DNA from: a virus
Taxonomy: Duplodnaviria > Caudoviricetes
Virus record (IMG/VR): IMGVR_UViG_3300008740_000001
Location: 1 to 64,000 of that record
Reading direction: 5' to 3' (one strand)
Length of the DNA stretch: 64,000 bases
The translations under genes were made by a program, and so were the position numbers. Shown here one piece after another: positions 18,620 through 26,249 of the stretch. Below the pieces are notes generated by a model. The model searched no databases. It worked only from the letters and a program-made list of their open reading frames with translations, and was not told the origin of the DNA. Each line of letters begins with the position of its first letter. Positions within the stretch are counted from its first letter, which is position 1.

Positions 18620-18985
18620 GTGGGTACAAGTAAACAAGGTAAGTATAGAATCTATTCTACCGCAAAAAAGTTGAAAATTGCAGGAAAAATTACAGAAGAA
18701 TTCGAAGTAATGCTGGCAAATTTGACCCTTGAGGAATTAATTGCCCTTAAGCTGGAAAACGCAGCAAAAATGATCAATAATAAACCATACGGTCTTGATT
18801 TGTGGCATGCCATACCCAGAATCGCGAGAGATGCAGTTCTTAAATTTGCCATCTCAGCGGCGCAAACGCAGCAGGATGCATGCCGGATCTTAGGTATTAA
18901 GCCCACGCAGCTACGAAAATTAAAAAACATCTACGGCATCGAGGAATATTTTGAAAAAAAGATCGACAAATCGCCAAAGGTGTGA
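18620..18985 (+). CDS. Fis-like helix-turn-helix protein
   Basis: C-terminal QQDACRILGIKPTQLRK resembles the Fis/NtrC HTH. Confidence 0.6.
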   Translation: MGTSKQGKYRIYSTAKKLKIAGKITEEFEVMLANLTLEELIALKLENAAKMINNKPYGLDLWHAIPRIARDAVLKFAISAAQTQQDACRILGIKPTQLRKLKNIYGIEEYFEKKIDKSPKV

Positions 18986-18991
18986 TATATT
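18963..18991 (+). promoter_or_regulatory. sigma70-type promoter driving the ncRNA/tmRNA region
   Basis: TCGACA(18963-68)-N17-TATATT(18986-91) with extended -10 TG. Confidence 0.7.
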
Positions 18992-18999
18992 GTTAATAC

Positions 19000-19305
19000 A
19001 AGTAAAGGTAAGACACTTAATGATTATGCACACTGAATTTTGGTGACGGATCAAGAGGTCTGATCGGCTGCTTTAAGCGTAAATTAATTTAGGTTCTATA
19101 TCCGTACAGAACCTAGCTGATGTGCACTAAAGGATAAAAAACCCATTAGAAGGGCAGCAAATTAAAATCGGACTGGCAGGGTGACGAGCGAGGAGAGTCA
19201 CTCAGTCGATCAGTACCTCCGCTCACATGCTTGAAATGATTATGGGATGAGCACGTAATTTGAGGATATTTTAAATTTAGGCTAGGCACAACCCCTTACT
19301 AGCGA
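19000..19305 (+). ncRNA. candidate structured ncRNA (unassigned)
   Basis: No ORF; 11-bp helix 19060-70/19203-13, 8-bp hairpin 19090-97/19108-15, 7-bp hairpin 19179-85/19197-203; promoter upstream. Confidence 0.55.
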
Positions 19306-19314
19306 GAAGATGAG

Positions 19315-19557
19315 ATGTGGCAGTTTTGGAAATGGAATGGAAGATATATTCAGGGCGATTTGGTAAGTAAACACAAAACCAAAACTGCTGCAATTTCAAA
19401 AGCAAAAAAGGAATTGGGAAACGACGTAATATTTACAGAGAGTACATGGAAAAAAGAAGAAGTTATTTGGATAGATAGCAAAACCCATACTCCCATGGGG
19501 ATTATTTGTAAATCAACGGGGGCGAAACGGTCTCGACAGGGTAAGAAAGGAGTATAA
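19315..19557 (+). CDS. small basic hypothetical protein; 3' end overlaps tmRNA
   Basis: 80-aa ORF; last 40 nt lie inside the tmRNA 5' end. Confidence 0.55.
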   Translation: MWQFWKWNGRYIQGDLVSKHKTKTAAISKAKKELGNDVIFTESTWKKEEVIWIDSKTHTPMGIICKSTGAKRSRQGKKGV

Positions 19558-19938
19558 GAGTGCAAGTGGTCTAACGAAACAGAAGACCCTAAATTCAGTT
19601 TCAAAAAACATAATTGCCAATAACAATTATTATTTCGAAGAAAGCCGCTTAGCGGCCTAATCGGCGGGGTTGTCAATGACCTTGTTTCCCAACATTGAAT
19701 AACAGGCGGAGTCCTGCGAAAACAAAAAACCACAATGGAGACCTCGGCTTTATGAAAACATCTTCGGATGGACTACCTCACTAAATGTGAGAAAGGTGAG
19801 TGGGGCGCAACAGGTCAGTAAGCGCCGGAGGACGACTGACTATCTTTGTTAATTTGTGATAGTAAATTGACTAAACTTGTGAACGACTTGATACTGGACT
19901 TATTTTGGACGCGGGTTCGACTCCCGCCGCCTCCACCA
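19518..19938 (+). ncRNA. ssrA: tmRNA, tag (A)ANNNYYFEESRLAA*
   Basis: 5' GGGGGCGAAACGGUCUCGAC; 3' GCGGGUUCGACUCCCGCCGCCUCCACCA; G3-U70 pair; tag frame 19616-19660 ending LAA-stop. Confidence 0.95.
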
Positions 19939-19942
19939 ACTT

Positions 19943-20017
19943 GCGGGTGTAACTCAGTGGTAGAGTATTACGTTGCCAACGTGACTGTCGCTGGTTCGAA
20001 TCCAGTCACCCGCTCCA
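19943..20017 (+). tRNA. tRNA-Gly(GCC)
   Basis: Cloverleaf; anticodon loop UU-GCC-AA; U73; encoded CCA. Confidence 0.95.
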
Positions 20018-20042
20018 CTGATGAAAAGGATAAAAACAAACA

Positions 20043-20408
20043 ATGAAAAAGAGATTAATCGAAGCATGCCTCTTTATGACGCTACTAGCCTTGTGCACCT
20101 CGCTTGTCTTTGCGATCACTGGGTGTTCAAAGCACAATATCGATTTTAATCCGTCGAATAGCATGTGTTTGGATGCAGTGGTGGCCAACATTCATGCCGC
20201 CGGCTGTGAAGCAGTTTCAGTAGAAAAGGCTACATATGGCATTACTAAGGTGCGCTGCTATGATATTGATATTGTTGAGAATGAGACAGACTCAGAATGG
20301 CTGAGAAATGAATTTTATGGAATCGCATTTGGCACAAGAATCCCGCCAGAGGTAAAGCCAATCTGTACAGATCCATATATGATTATGACGACTGCAGAGC
20401 GCGACTAA
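20043..20408 (+). CDS. putative lipoprotein
   Basis: Basic-hydrophobic signal peptide ending in lipobox-like ITGC. Confidence 0.7.
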   Translation: MKKRLIEACLFMTLLALCTSLVFAITGCSKHNIDFNPSNSMCLDAVVANIHAAGCEAVSVEKATYGITKVRCYDIDIVENETDSEWLRNEFYGIAFGTRIPPEVKPICTDPYMIMTTAERD

Positions 20409-20641
20409 TGAAAAAGAAAATTCACGTTAATCAACACAAGATTCGCTCAAACCACAAGACTGGCGAAAGGGTACCGGTAATTACGGTTAAAACGTATAAG
20501 ACGAATACCTATTGCCACGAAGTTCAGGTTAATGGTCCTTGCAAAGTAATTTATTCGCCAGATAAACCATTGCCCTGCGGCGCCAAGGTATGGATTGAAA
20601 CGGATTCCGACGTTGTTTGTGTAACAGACAAGGAATCGTGA
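20408..20641 (+). CDS. conserved small phage protein (KKKIHVNQHKIR family)
   Basis: Pattern IHVNQH...PLxCGAKVWIET recalled from many phage genomes. Confidence 0.7.
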   Translation: MKKKIHVNQHKIRSNHKTGERVPVITVKTYKTNTYCHEVQVNGPCKVIYSPDKPLPCGAKVWIETDSDVVCVTDKES

Positions 20642-20701
20642 GAAAGTGGTTATAAGTAGACGACGTACTAGTTATAGGCGTCTATATAGGAGGTACATAT
20701 C

Positions 20702-20836
20702 ATGTTAGACAAACTTAAAAGCGGAGCGCTCCACATGTGGGACGATCTCGTGCACGGCGAACATCGTTGGTGTATGCGACTGGTCCTTGTTGGTTCGGCT
20801 CTAGCTGGTGCTTGCGTGGGCCATTGCCTGCTTTAA
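20702..20836 (+). CDS. small protein (44 aa, MLDKLKSGALHMWDDLVHG...)
   Basis: Read by hand; strong SD AGGAGG; C-terminal hydrophobic segment. Confidence 0.6.
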   Translation: MLDKLKSGALHMWDDLVHGEHRWCMRLVLVGSALAGACVGHCLL

Positions 20837-20874
20837 GCTGAAATAAATGGCGTTTCCCTACTTGTAGGTGGATC

Positions 20875-20904
20875 GGACAGTGGTGGTGGCTGTCCCATTT
20901 TTTT
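20875..20904 (+). terminator. probable intrinsic terminator
   Basis: GGACAG-N9-CTGTCC hairpin followed by a T run. Confidence 0.6.
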
Positions 20905-20939
20905 ATGAAAAAATATTCCATATGTGTTAATATTTTATT

Positions 20940-21221
20940 ATGGTATGGAAATATGCAATGATTAAGGTTGCCGAGGAACATGACTTAGCAACCGATGAGA
21001 AGATTGAAGATATTTGTGAACTGGTAGAAATATATCAGAACCCACTAGGCGATTGGACATACTATTGTCGACCTTCAATTACTTCTTTTGAGATGCTCAA
21101 AAAGGCAGTATCAGATATCACACGCGACGGTACAAACACATGGTTTTGGGACAACGGTAATTTTGTTTGGTCTATGGAAGAAAAGTTCTGGGACTGGATC
21201 CCATATAACAAAATTTCGTGA
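20940..21221 (+). CDS. hypothetical protein
   Basis: 93-aa Trp-rich ORF; TGTGTTAATAT extended -10-like element upstream. Confidence 0.65.
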   Translation: MVWKYAMIKVAEEHDLATDEKIEDICELVEIYQNPLGDWTYYCRPSITSFEMLKKAVSDITRDGTNTWFWDNGNFVWSMEEKFWDWIPYNKIS

Positions 21222-21401
21222 GAAGACGGAATATACGGTAGCCACAGTACATCTGTACGGTTTACTATTCTGCGTAGCCTGTATCTATTCTCTATTAGAA
21301 TGGTATGGCGGTGTTCGAAGAAAATGGGAAAATCGCTTGAACAATAAAAAAAATACTGATATAATTAATGTAGACTTTGAAGAAGTCACAAAGGAATAAA
21401 A

Positions 21402-21671
21402 ATGGAAGAAACTACAAATAACGACTCTCCACAATTTTATATTACGGCAGTTAGAAAAGGTGAAGCAGAAAACGAGATCTTGGTAGACTATCAATTGACT
21501 GATGAGTTCAAGCAGTGGTACAAAACCAAAAATAATCTCAAGCGCTGGTCCCGAAAGCGTTTTGAAAACGAGCTAACTGAAATGGTAAAATTGAAAATGG
21601 CCCAAGACATTGGCTCAATTGAGACCGTTCCAGAACCCCCTACTCCGGATTCTGAAAATGAATCCGAATAG
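21402..21671 (+). CDS. hypothetical protein
   Basis: 89-aa ORF with AAGGA SD. Confidence 0.7.
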   Translation: MEETTNNDSPQFYITAVRKGEAENEILVDYQLTDEFKQWYKTKNNLKRWSRKRFENELTEMVKLKMAQDIGSIETVPEPPTPDSENESE

Positions 21672-21933
21672 TACAGTAGAACAGAAGCGTTGGAAACAAG
21701 TGGGCAGACTTGTTAATAGTTATGAAGAAGCCCGGGCCATCGCAGAAGATACGATTAAGCGCTTGACCACTGAAGACGATATCCCCGGAGTCGAAATTAA
21801 AATCAAGCGCTGCGGCCCAGCAGGTACCCGCTTCAAGATTAAAGTATGGTACCCTGCTTTGGCGCCAAAGAAGAAAAAGAAAAATGAAAAAGCAAAAAAG
21901 AGAAATAAGACATCAGCCAGTTCCGGTAGATAG
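21658..21933 (+). CDS. basic hypothetical protein
   Basis: Start moved to MNPNS (21658); Lys-rich tail. Confidence 0.6.
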   Translation: MNPNSTVEQKRWKQVGRLVNSYEEARAIAEDTIKRLTTEDDIPGVEIKIKRCGPAGTRFKIKVWYPALAPKKKKKNEKAKKRNKTSASSGR

Positions 21934-22063
21934 CCCCAAGTGTATTGATATTTGGTCATTGCCCGAAACTGAGGATATTACTGAAGAGTTTAATGTAACT
22001 TTGGAAGAAATTAAAACAACTTATGATATCCCAACTGACGAGATCAAGAAAGTCCGAAATTAA
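21884..22063 (+). CDS. small hypothetical protein (59 aa, MKKQKREIRHQP...)
   Basis: Read by hand; fills the gap up to the tRNA promoter. Confidence 0.5.
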   Translation: MKKQKREIRHQPVPVDSPKCIDIWSLPETEDITEEFNVTLEEIKTTYDIPTDEIKKVRN

Positions 22064-22075
22064 TAAAAAAAGAGC

Positions 22076-22104
22076 TTGACTCACAGCGTTAAATACGTTA
22101 TATT
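22076..22104 (+). promoter_or_regulatory. sigma70-type promoter of the tRNA-Lys/large RNA unit
   Basis: TTGACT(22076-81)-N17-TATATT(22099-104). Confidence 0.85.
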
Positions 22105-22123
22105 AATAATGTAAGGAAGCTTT

Positions 22124-22200
22124 GGGTCTATAGCTCAACAGCGTAGAGCAACGGACTTTTAATCCGTAGGTTCTGGGTTCAAGTCCCAGTAGACCCACCA
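22124..22200 (+). tRNA. tRNA-Lys(UUU)
   Basis: Cloverleaf; loop CU-UUU-AA; encoded CCA. Confidence 0.95.
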
Positions 22201-22219
22201 TCATCGATTCTTTGAAATT

Positions 22220-22862
22220 TTAGATAGACCCTAGTTCTCGGGTCTCAAAACCTGAATGGAAATACCGACCTTCAGGCACCGGCGAAAGCTAGTGATAGAG
22301 AAAACTTCGCTTAGGAACGGGATGTTCTTACATCCTATGGGTGCCGCCTAACTAAGAGAGGGAATGAGTTAAGGAGGGTGGTACTTCCGAAAATCATTTA
22401 GTAGTTCAACGCGTGAGCTTTCATACCACTGAAAGAATACTGCTGAGAATATCCACGGATTTGTAGGTTCATCGTGGAAACGGGATTAAGGCACATCCAA
22501 GAAAGGCTTGGGAAGGAGGAATAAACGCCTCTAGAATCTAACTGTCGGTGACAGAAGACTCTCTGATGGAATTGGAAACAAGACCATCGTCCCGAAAGGG
22601 GTCATGTGGACATCCTCCCAAGGTTTGGAAATATGACGCGCAACGGCGAGGTGAAGTGTACAGCTTACTCAAAGGAACGCAGAATGTCATGGCGATAGTA
22701 GGGCGTGCTGTTCCGTGGTCTTTGCAGATCAAGAACAGGGAGAAAGTTTGTGAACGGCGTTACTTGCCGGTGTGCTTACCTCTCACGCGAAATGCGGACA
22801 GGCTCAAAAGGCTTGAGGGTCACAAATGAGGAACAAAGAAGTGCTAAGTGTTCCACCTTTTT
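22220..22862 (+). ncRNA. large ornate structured ncRNA candidate (GOLLD/ROOL-like size and context)
   Basis: More than 12 hairpins, several GAAA tetraloops, loop GUGGUA(22378-83) complementary to UACCAC(22424-29); directly downstream of tRNA-Lys; no credible CDS. Confidence 0.75.
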
Positions 22863-22874
22863 AAGAGAAACAAC

Positions 22875-23114
22875 ATGCAAGAAAACTATGACAAACATTT
22901 GGTTACTACAATCGCAAGTGGACTGGTTAAAACAACTTTATGCCTTTGTAGTACCGCATTAGGATGCATGTGGTTATCAAATTGTGCTTTAGACGAAGAT
23001 TTAATTATCAGTTGCGAAGAATCTTGTAGTGGCATAGGGAGTCACATGGAATCAGTTACTAGCAGAAAATGTATATGTACAGCCCCAACCAATGACATAT
23101 GGGTTTTACCTTAA
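22875..23114 (+). CDS. Cys-rich small membrane-anchored protein
   Basis: Start set at MQENY; hydrophobic segment then CEESC...CIC. Confidence 0.55.
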   Translation: MQENYDKHLVTTIASGLVKTTLCLCSTALGCMWLSNCALDEDLIISCEESCSGIGSHMESVTSRKCICTAPTNDIWVLP

Positions 23115-23123
23115 TGAACTTAT

Positions 23124-23218
23124 GGGGCTGTAGCCAAGTGGTTAAGGCAGCCGGCTTATATCCGGTTTAGCGTCTGATAAACGCGAGATCGTGGGTTCGA
23201 ACCCCACCAGCCCTACCA
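23124..23218 (+). tRNA. tRNA with UAU anticodon (Ile/AUA) and long variable arm
   Basis: GGGGCUG/CAGCCCU acceptor, A73, CCA; anticodon loop CU-UAU-AU (23155-61); 24-nt variable region; canonical T arm. Confidence 0.9.
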
Positions 23219-23237
23219 TTTTAAAACAAAGGAAACA

Positions 23238-24056
23238 ATGACAGTTAAAAACATTATATTATTTGATATGGACGGTACTCTTACCGAGCCTAGACAGATT
23301 ATTGATCAGAATATGATTGATACTCTTGCTCAAGTCACTCGCAGTGGCCACGACGTGGGCATTGTTACTGGCAGTCCGATGAATTATATGGAAGAACAAA
23401 TAGGCCCACTCTTAAGTGCGCAGTATAGTGAGATCGATAGATACCACCTTCTTCCATGTAACGGTATAGAATATACCTTTTGGGAAAATGGGATTTCAAA
23501 CGCCACAGTTGGTAATACTATGGCAGAAGAATTGGGCACTTCAAACTTCCAGAATTTAATGGCGGCTCTTGTCCACCTTCAAGCAGAAGTATCTAAAACT
23601 ATGTTGGATCGCGGCCTCTCCTTAACAGGAAATTTCATTCAGTATAGGGGTGGCCTGATTAATTGGTGCCCCATCGGCCGAAACGCAACCCAACCCCAGC
23701 GCGCCGCGTTTGTAAACTTTGACCAAACGACAAACTTTCGAAATGAATATTGTCGCTTGATCAAGAAGTGGCTTAGCTGGGCCGGCTTGGAAGATAAAAT
23801 GACAGTTGTTAAGGGTGGATCCACCTCTTTTGACATATATCCAGCCGGCTGGGACAAAACTTACGCTCTGACATGGTTCGGAGATTACGAATGTTGGTTC
23901 GTTGGTGATAAATGCCACCCCGGCGGCAACGATCAACAAATTTATGAGCTTTTACAGAAGAACGGAAAAGCTTTTGAGACCACGGGACCTAATCAAACTA
24001 TTGAAATTATTGACAATATCTTGAACACCCTAGGCCCCGATAGCTCAGCAGGATAG
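23238..24056 (+). CDS. phosphomannomutase, eukaryote-type HAD-IIB (PF03332-like)
   Basis: FDMDGTLT, INWCPIGRN, SFDIYPAGWDKTYAL, FVGDK...GGND. Confidence 0.9.
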   Translation: MTVKNIILFDMDGTLTEPRQIIDQNMIDTLAQVTRSGHDVGIVTGSPMNYMEEQIGPLLSAQYSEIDRYHLLPCNGIEYTFWENGISNATVGNTMAEELGTSNFQNLMAALVHLQAEVSKTMLDRGLSLTGNFIQYRGGLINWCPIGRNATQPQRAAFVNFDQTTNFRNEYCRLIKKWLSWAGLEDKMTVVKGGSTSFDIYPAGWDKTYALTWFGDYECWFVGDKCHPGGNDQQIYELLQKNGKAFETTGPNQTIEIIDNILNTLGPDSSAG

Positions 24057-24110
24057 AGCAACGGCCTTCTAAGCCGTAGGTCGTAGGTTCGAATCCTACT
24101 CGGGGTGCCA
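24034..24110 (+). tRNA. tRNA-Arg(UCU)
   Basis: Cloverleaf; loop CU-UCU-AA; encoded CCA; 5' 23 nt overlap the PMM CDS. Confidence 0.95.
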
Positions 24111-24123
24111 TTTGGAGATTGAA

Positions 24124-24558
24124 ATGACGTACAGAGACACATCAAATCAAAGCGGAGACATTAGCGAAAGGGCGGTGTCGTTAGAATTAGTAAGGCGAGG
24201 TTGGCACGTACTAGAACCCATTAGTCGTGATGCAGTATATGATTTGGTTGTCGACATCGATGGTGCGTTTCAGACAATCCAAGTAAAGACAATGACAGGT
24301 AATAGTATTGCCAGAATTGTCGACCGGTCGGGGGAGGTGGTGAGTGAAAATGGTAAAACAAGAAACTCAATTGATTATGCTGAACATGGTATTGATTGGT
24401 TAGTTGGGTATGATAAACGAAATGGCAAATGTCATTTCTATAGTCATGAAAAGTATTCACAAATACCGACAAAATCATTCAGCATAAACAAACACCCCCC
24501 CGATGACTTTCCCACAAGAGAGGTACCAAATAGACATTCAAAAAAGAAAGGAAACTAA
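24124..24558 (+). CDS. PD-(D/E)XK endonuclease, free-standing homing-endonuclease-like
   Basis: GDISE...YDLVVD...IQVKT motif; start set at ATG after GGAG. Confidence 0.75.
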   Translation: MTYRDTSNQSGDISERAVSLELVRRGWHVLEPISRDAVYDLVVDIDGAFQTIQVKTMTGNSIARIVDRSGEVVSENGKTRNSIDYAEHGIDWLVGYDKRNGKCHFYSHEKYSQIPTKSFSINKHPPDDFPTREVPNRHSKKKGN

Positions 24559-24564
24559 CAAGAA

Positions 24565-25074
24565 ATGGGTTACCATTATGGAGATTTTTTAGGATATGGA
24601 AGGAACAACAAAGGTATGAGAAGAACACCGTATGATACAGTCGTGGTTAGTGGAGGATTTGATCCGATTCACGTAGGCCACGTTCGAATGATTTTAGAAG
24701 CAGCGCGAGAATATGGAGACGTTATTATCGTGGCTAATTCAGATGATTGGCTTTTGCGCAAGAAGGGATATGTATTCATGCCCTTTGAGCAGCGAGAAGA
24801 GATTCTGATGGGCATTAAGGGCGTCACCCGGGTCGAGGCCGTCGATGACACTGATGGCACGGTCTGTGAGGCTCTGAGGCGAATTAAACCTACGTATTTT
24901 GCTAACGGCGGAGATCGTCACTTGCAAAACACGCCAGAAATGCAAGTTTGTAAAGATATGAAAATTCAGATGGTTTGGAATGTTGGTGGCGGTAAGATCC
25001 AAAGCAGTAGCGACTTAGTAAAGAGTTCTAGTGACCATTTGATTAACAAGGCTAATTGGCCGGGAGCAGTGTAA
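24565..25074 (+). CDS. cytidylyltransferase-family protein (RfaE/TagD-like)
   Basis: SGGFDPIHVGH (HxGH), FANGGDR, KIQSSS. Confidence 0.9.
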   Translation: MGYHYGDFLGYGRNNKGMRRTPYDTVVVSGGFDPIHVGHVRMILEAAREYGDVIIVANSDDWLLRKKGYVFMPFEQREEILMGIKGVTRVEAVDDTDGTVCEALRRIKPTYFANGGDRHLQNTPEMQVCKDMKIQMVWNVGGGKIQSSSDLVKSSSDHLINKANWPGAV

Positions 25075-25175
25075 GATGTATAAGTATTTTGATAGCAGCG
25101 ACATGATGTTTCTTAAGATCCTAGGGGGTCTTTCATTTATTTCGTTTATGCTAGTGATGATTGCATAGTGTATGA

Positions 25176-25457
25176 ATGAGACTATATCAGTACATACTCG
25201 AAAATGAGTTTGTAACTTACTACCATTATCTTTCATATTCAGCAGAAGTAAAGGACATTCTAGGGATCCTCACACGTAACATAGATCAAGCAATAGACAT
25301 TGTAGATATCTTCCCAGAGCCCAAAGTTCAAAAAGGTACCACAACAGAGCCGCTGCTGGTCCACACCGCATCTGGCCAAGAAATGTATTTACCACCCGGG
25401 TTCGATATTACAATCGTTGGGCACTCACGAATATTGTTCCAATTTGTAGAGCCATAA
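25176..25457 (+). CDS. hypothetical protein
   Basis: 93-aa ORF; no family recognised. Confidence 0.55.
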   Translation: MRLYQYILENEFVTYYHYLSYSAEVKDILGILTRNIDQAIDIVDIFPEPKVQKGTTTEPLLVHTASGQEMYLPPGFDITIVGHSRILFQFVEP

Positions 25458-25519
25458 TCTTTTTATAAGCTTTTTGAAAAAATCGGCATGCCCCCTACCT
25501 ATTAGTATAGGAGGTATGT

Positions 25520-26209
25520 GTGATGAGAGCTTTATTGAGCATTATGGCTTTATGCTTGGCCGCCTGCACGGCGCCTTATGACAAAGCCGAACCTGACGAG
25601 AACAACGAAAGCGAGTCAGAAGTAGTAGAGGGAATTGGACCAGAGGTAGGGGAAGTCGACGTTAGTCAGCCGGATCTTCCAAAAGACACCTCGGCCCCAG
25701 AGGATACCGGAGATCCTGTTTTAGCAACCGGGTTTTTAGAAAATACTGATTGTGGATATGACATTGGCGAAAGTGCCTGCAATTTTAGATTAACTGATCA
25801 GAATGGAAACTATTGGGAATTAGATGAACACTTAGGTGATTTGGTATTAATTGATTTATCTGTAATGTGGTGTGGTCCCTGTAAATTGGCTGCAGAAACC
25901 GCACAGCGAACTCAGGACGATTACGCAGATCAAGGTTTTCACTACGTCACCGTGTTGATAACGGATTCGCAGAATGATACTCTTGAGCAAGCTGAGGTAG
26001 CTGACTGGGCAAATTCATTTCATATTTTATCAGCCCCTGTCCTTCTCGGCAGCAGAGATTTGTTGACCACTGGAGGCGCTCCGGGGTATGGATTCCCAGC
26101 TACAAGTTGGCCAACGTTCATTTTGGTAAGCCGTTCAGGCGATGTCGCATGGGGCTTATATGGTTTTAACGAGTCAATGATTCGGACAGCTATTGAAGAT
26201 AATCTATAA
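25520..26209 (+). CDS. TlpA-like thioredoxin-fold lipoprotein
   Basis: Lipobox LAAC; NFRLTDQNG; WCGPC; WPTFILV. Confidence 0.85.
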   Translation: MMRALLSIMALCLAACTAPYDKAEPDENNESESEVVEGIGPEVGEVDVSQPDLPKDTSAPEDTGDPVLATGFLENTDCGYDIGESACNFRLTDQNGNYWELDEHLGDLVLIDLSVMWCGPCKLAAETAQRTQDDYADQGFHYVTVLITDSQNDTLEQAEVADWANSFHILSAPVLLGSRDLLTTGGAPGYGFPATSWPTFILVSRSGDVAWGLYGFNESMIRTAIEDNL

Positions 26210-26214
26210 TTTAA

Positions 26215-26243
26215 TTGACAACTGTAATATAATCAGTTATTAT
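26215..26243 (+). promoter_or_regulatory. sigma70 promoter, probably producing a leaderless mRNA
   Basis: TTGACA(26215-20)-N17-TATTAT(26238-43); ATG only 6 nt later. Confidence 0.8.
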
Positions 26244-26249
26244 TAGAGT

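Noticed and set aside
19043-19226. 6S RNA (closing stem spans about 185 nt)
   Set aside because: The interior is asymmetric with several local hairpins rather than a central bubble plus one long terminal stem; left unassigned pending cmscan.
19350-20046. ORFs 19350-19733 (-) and 19846-20046 (+)
   Set aside because: They overlap tmRNA and tRNA-Gly; spurious.
21088-21399. 103-aa CDS as given in the ORF track
   Set aside because: The 5' half overlaps 20940-21221 in another frame and no convincing start was found for the plausible TM-containing 3' half, so it is not listed as a feature.
19000-22862. RNase P RNA or group I/II intron as the identity of either structured RNA
   Set aside because: I found no GAGGAAAGUCC/P4 signature, no intron P7 or domain V motif and no interrupted host gene.
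22538-22962. ORFs 22548-22829, 22705-22847 and 22538-22732 as proteins
   Set aside because: No SD, atypical composition, and they coincide with dense RNA helices and GNRA loops; better explained as ncRNA.
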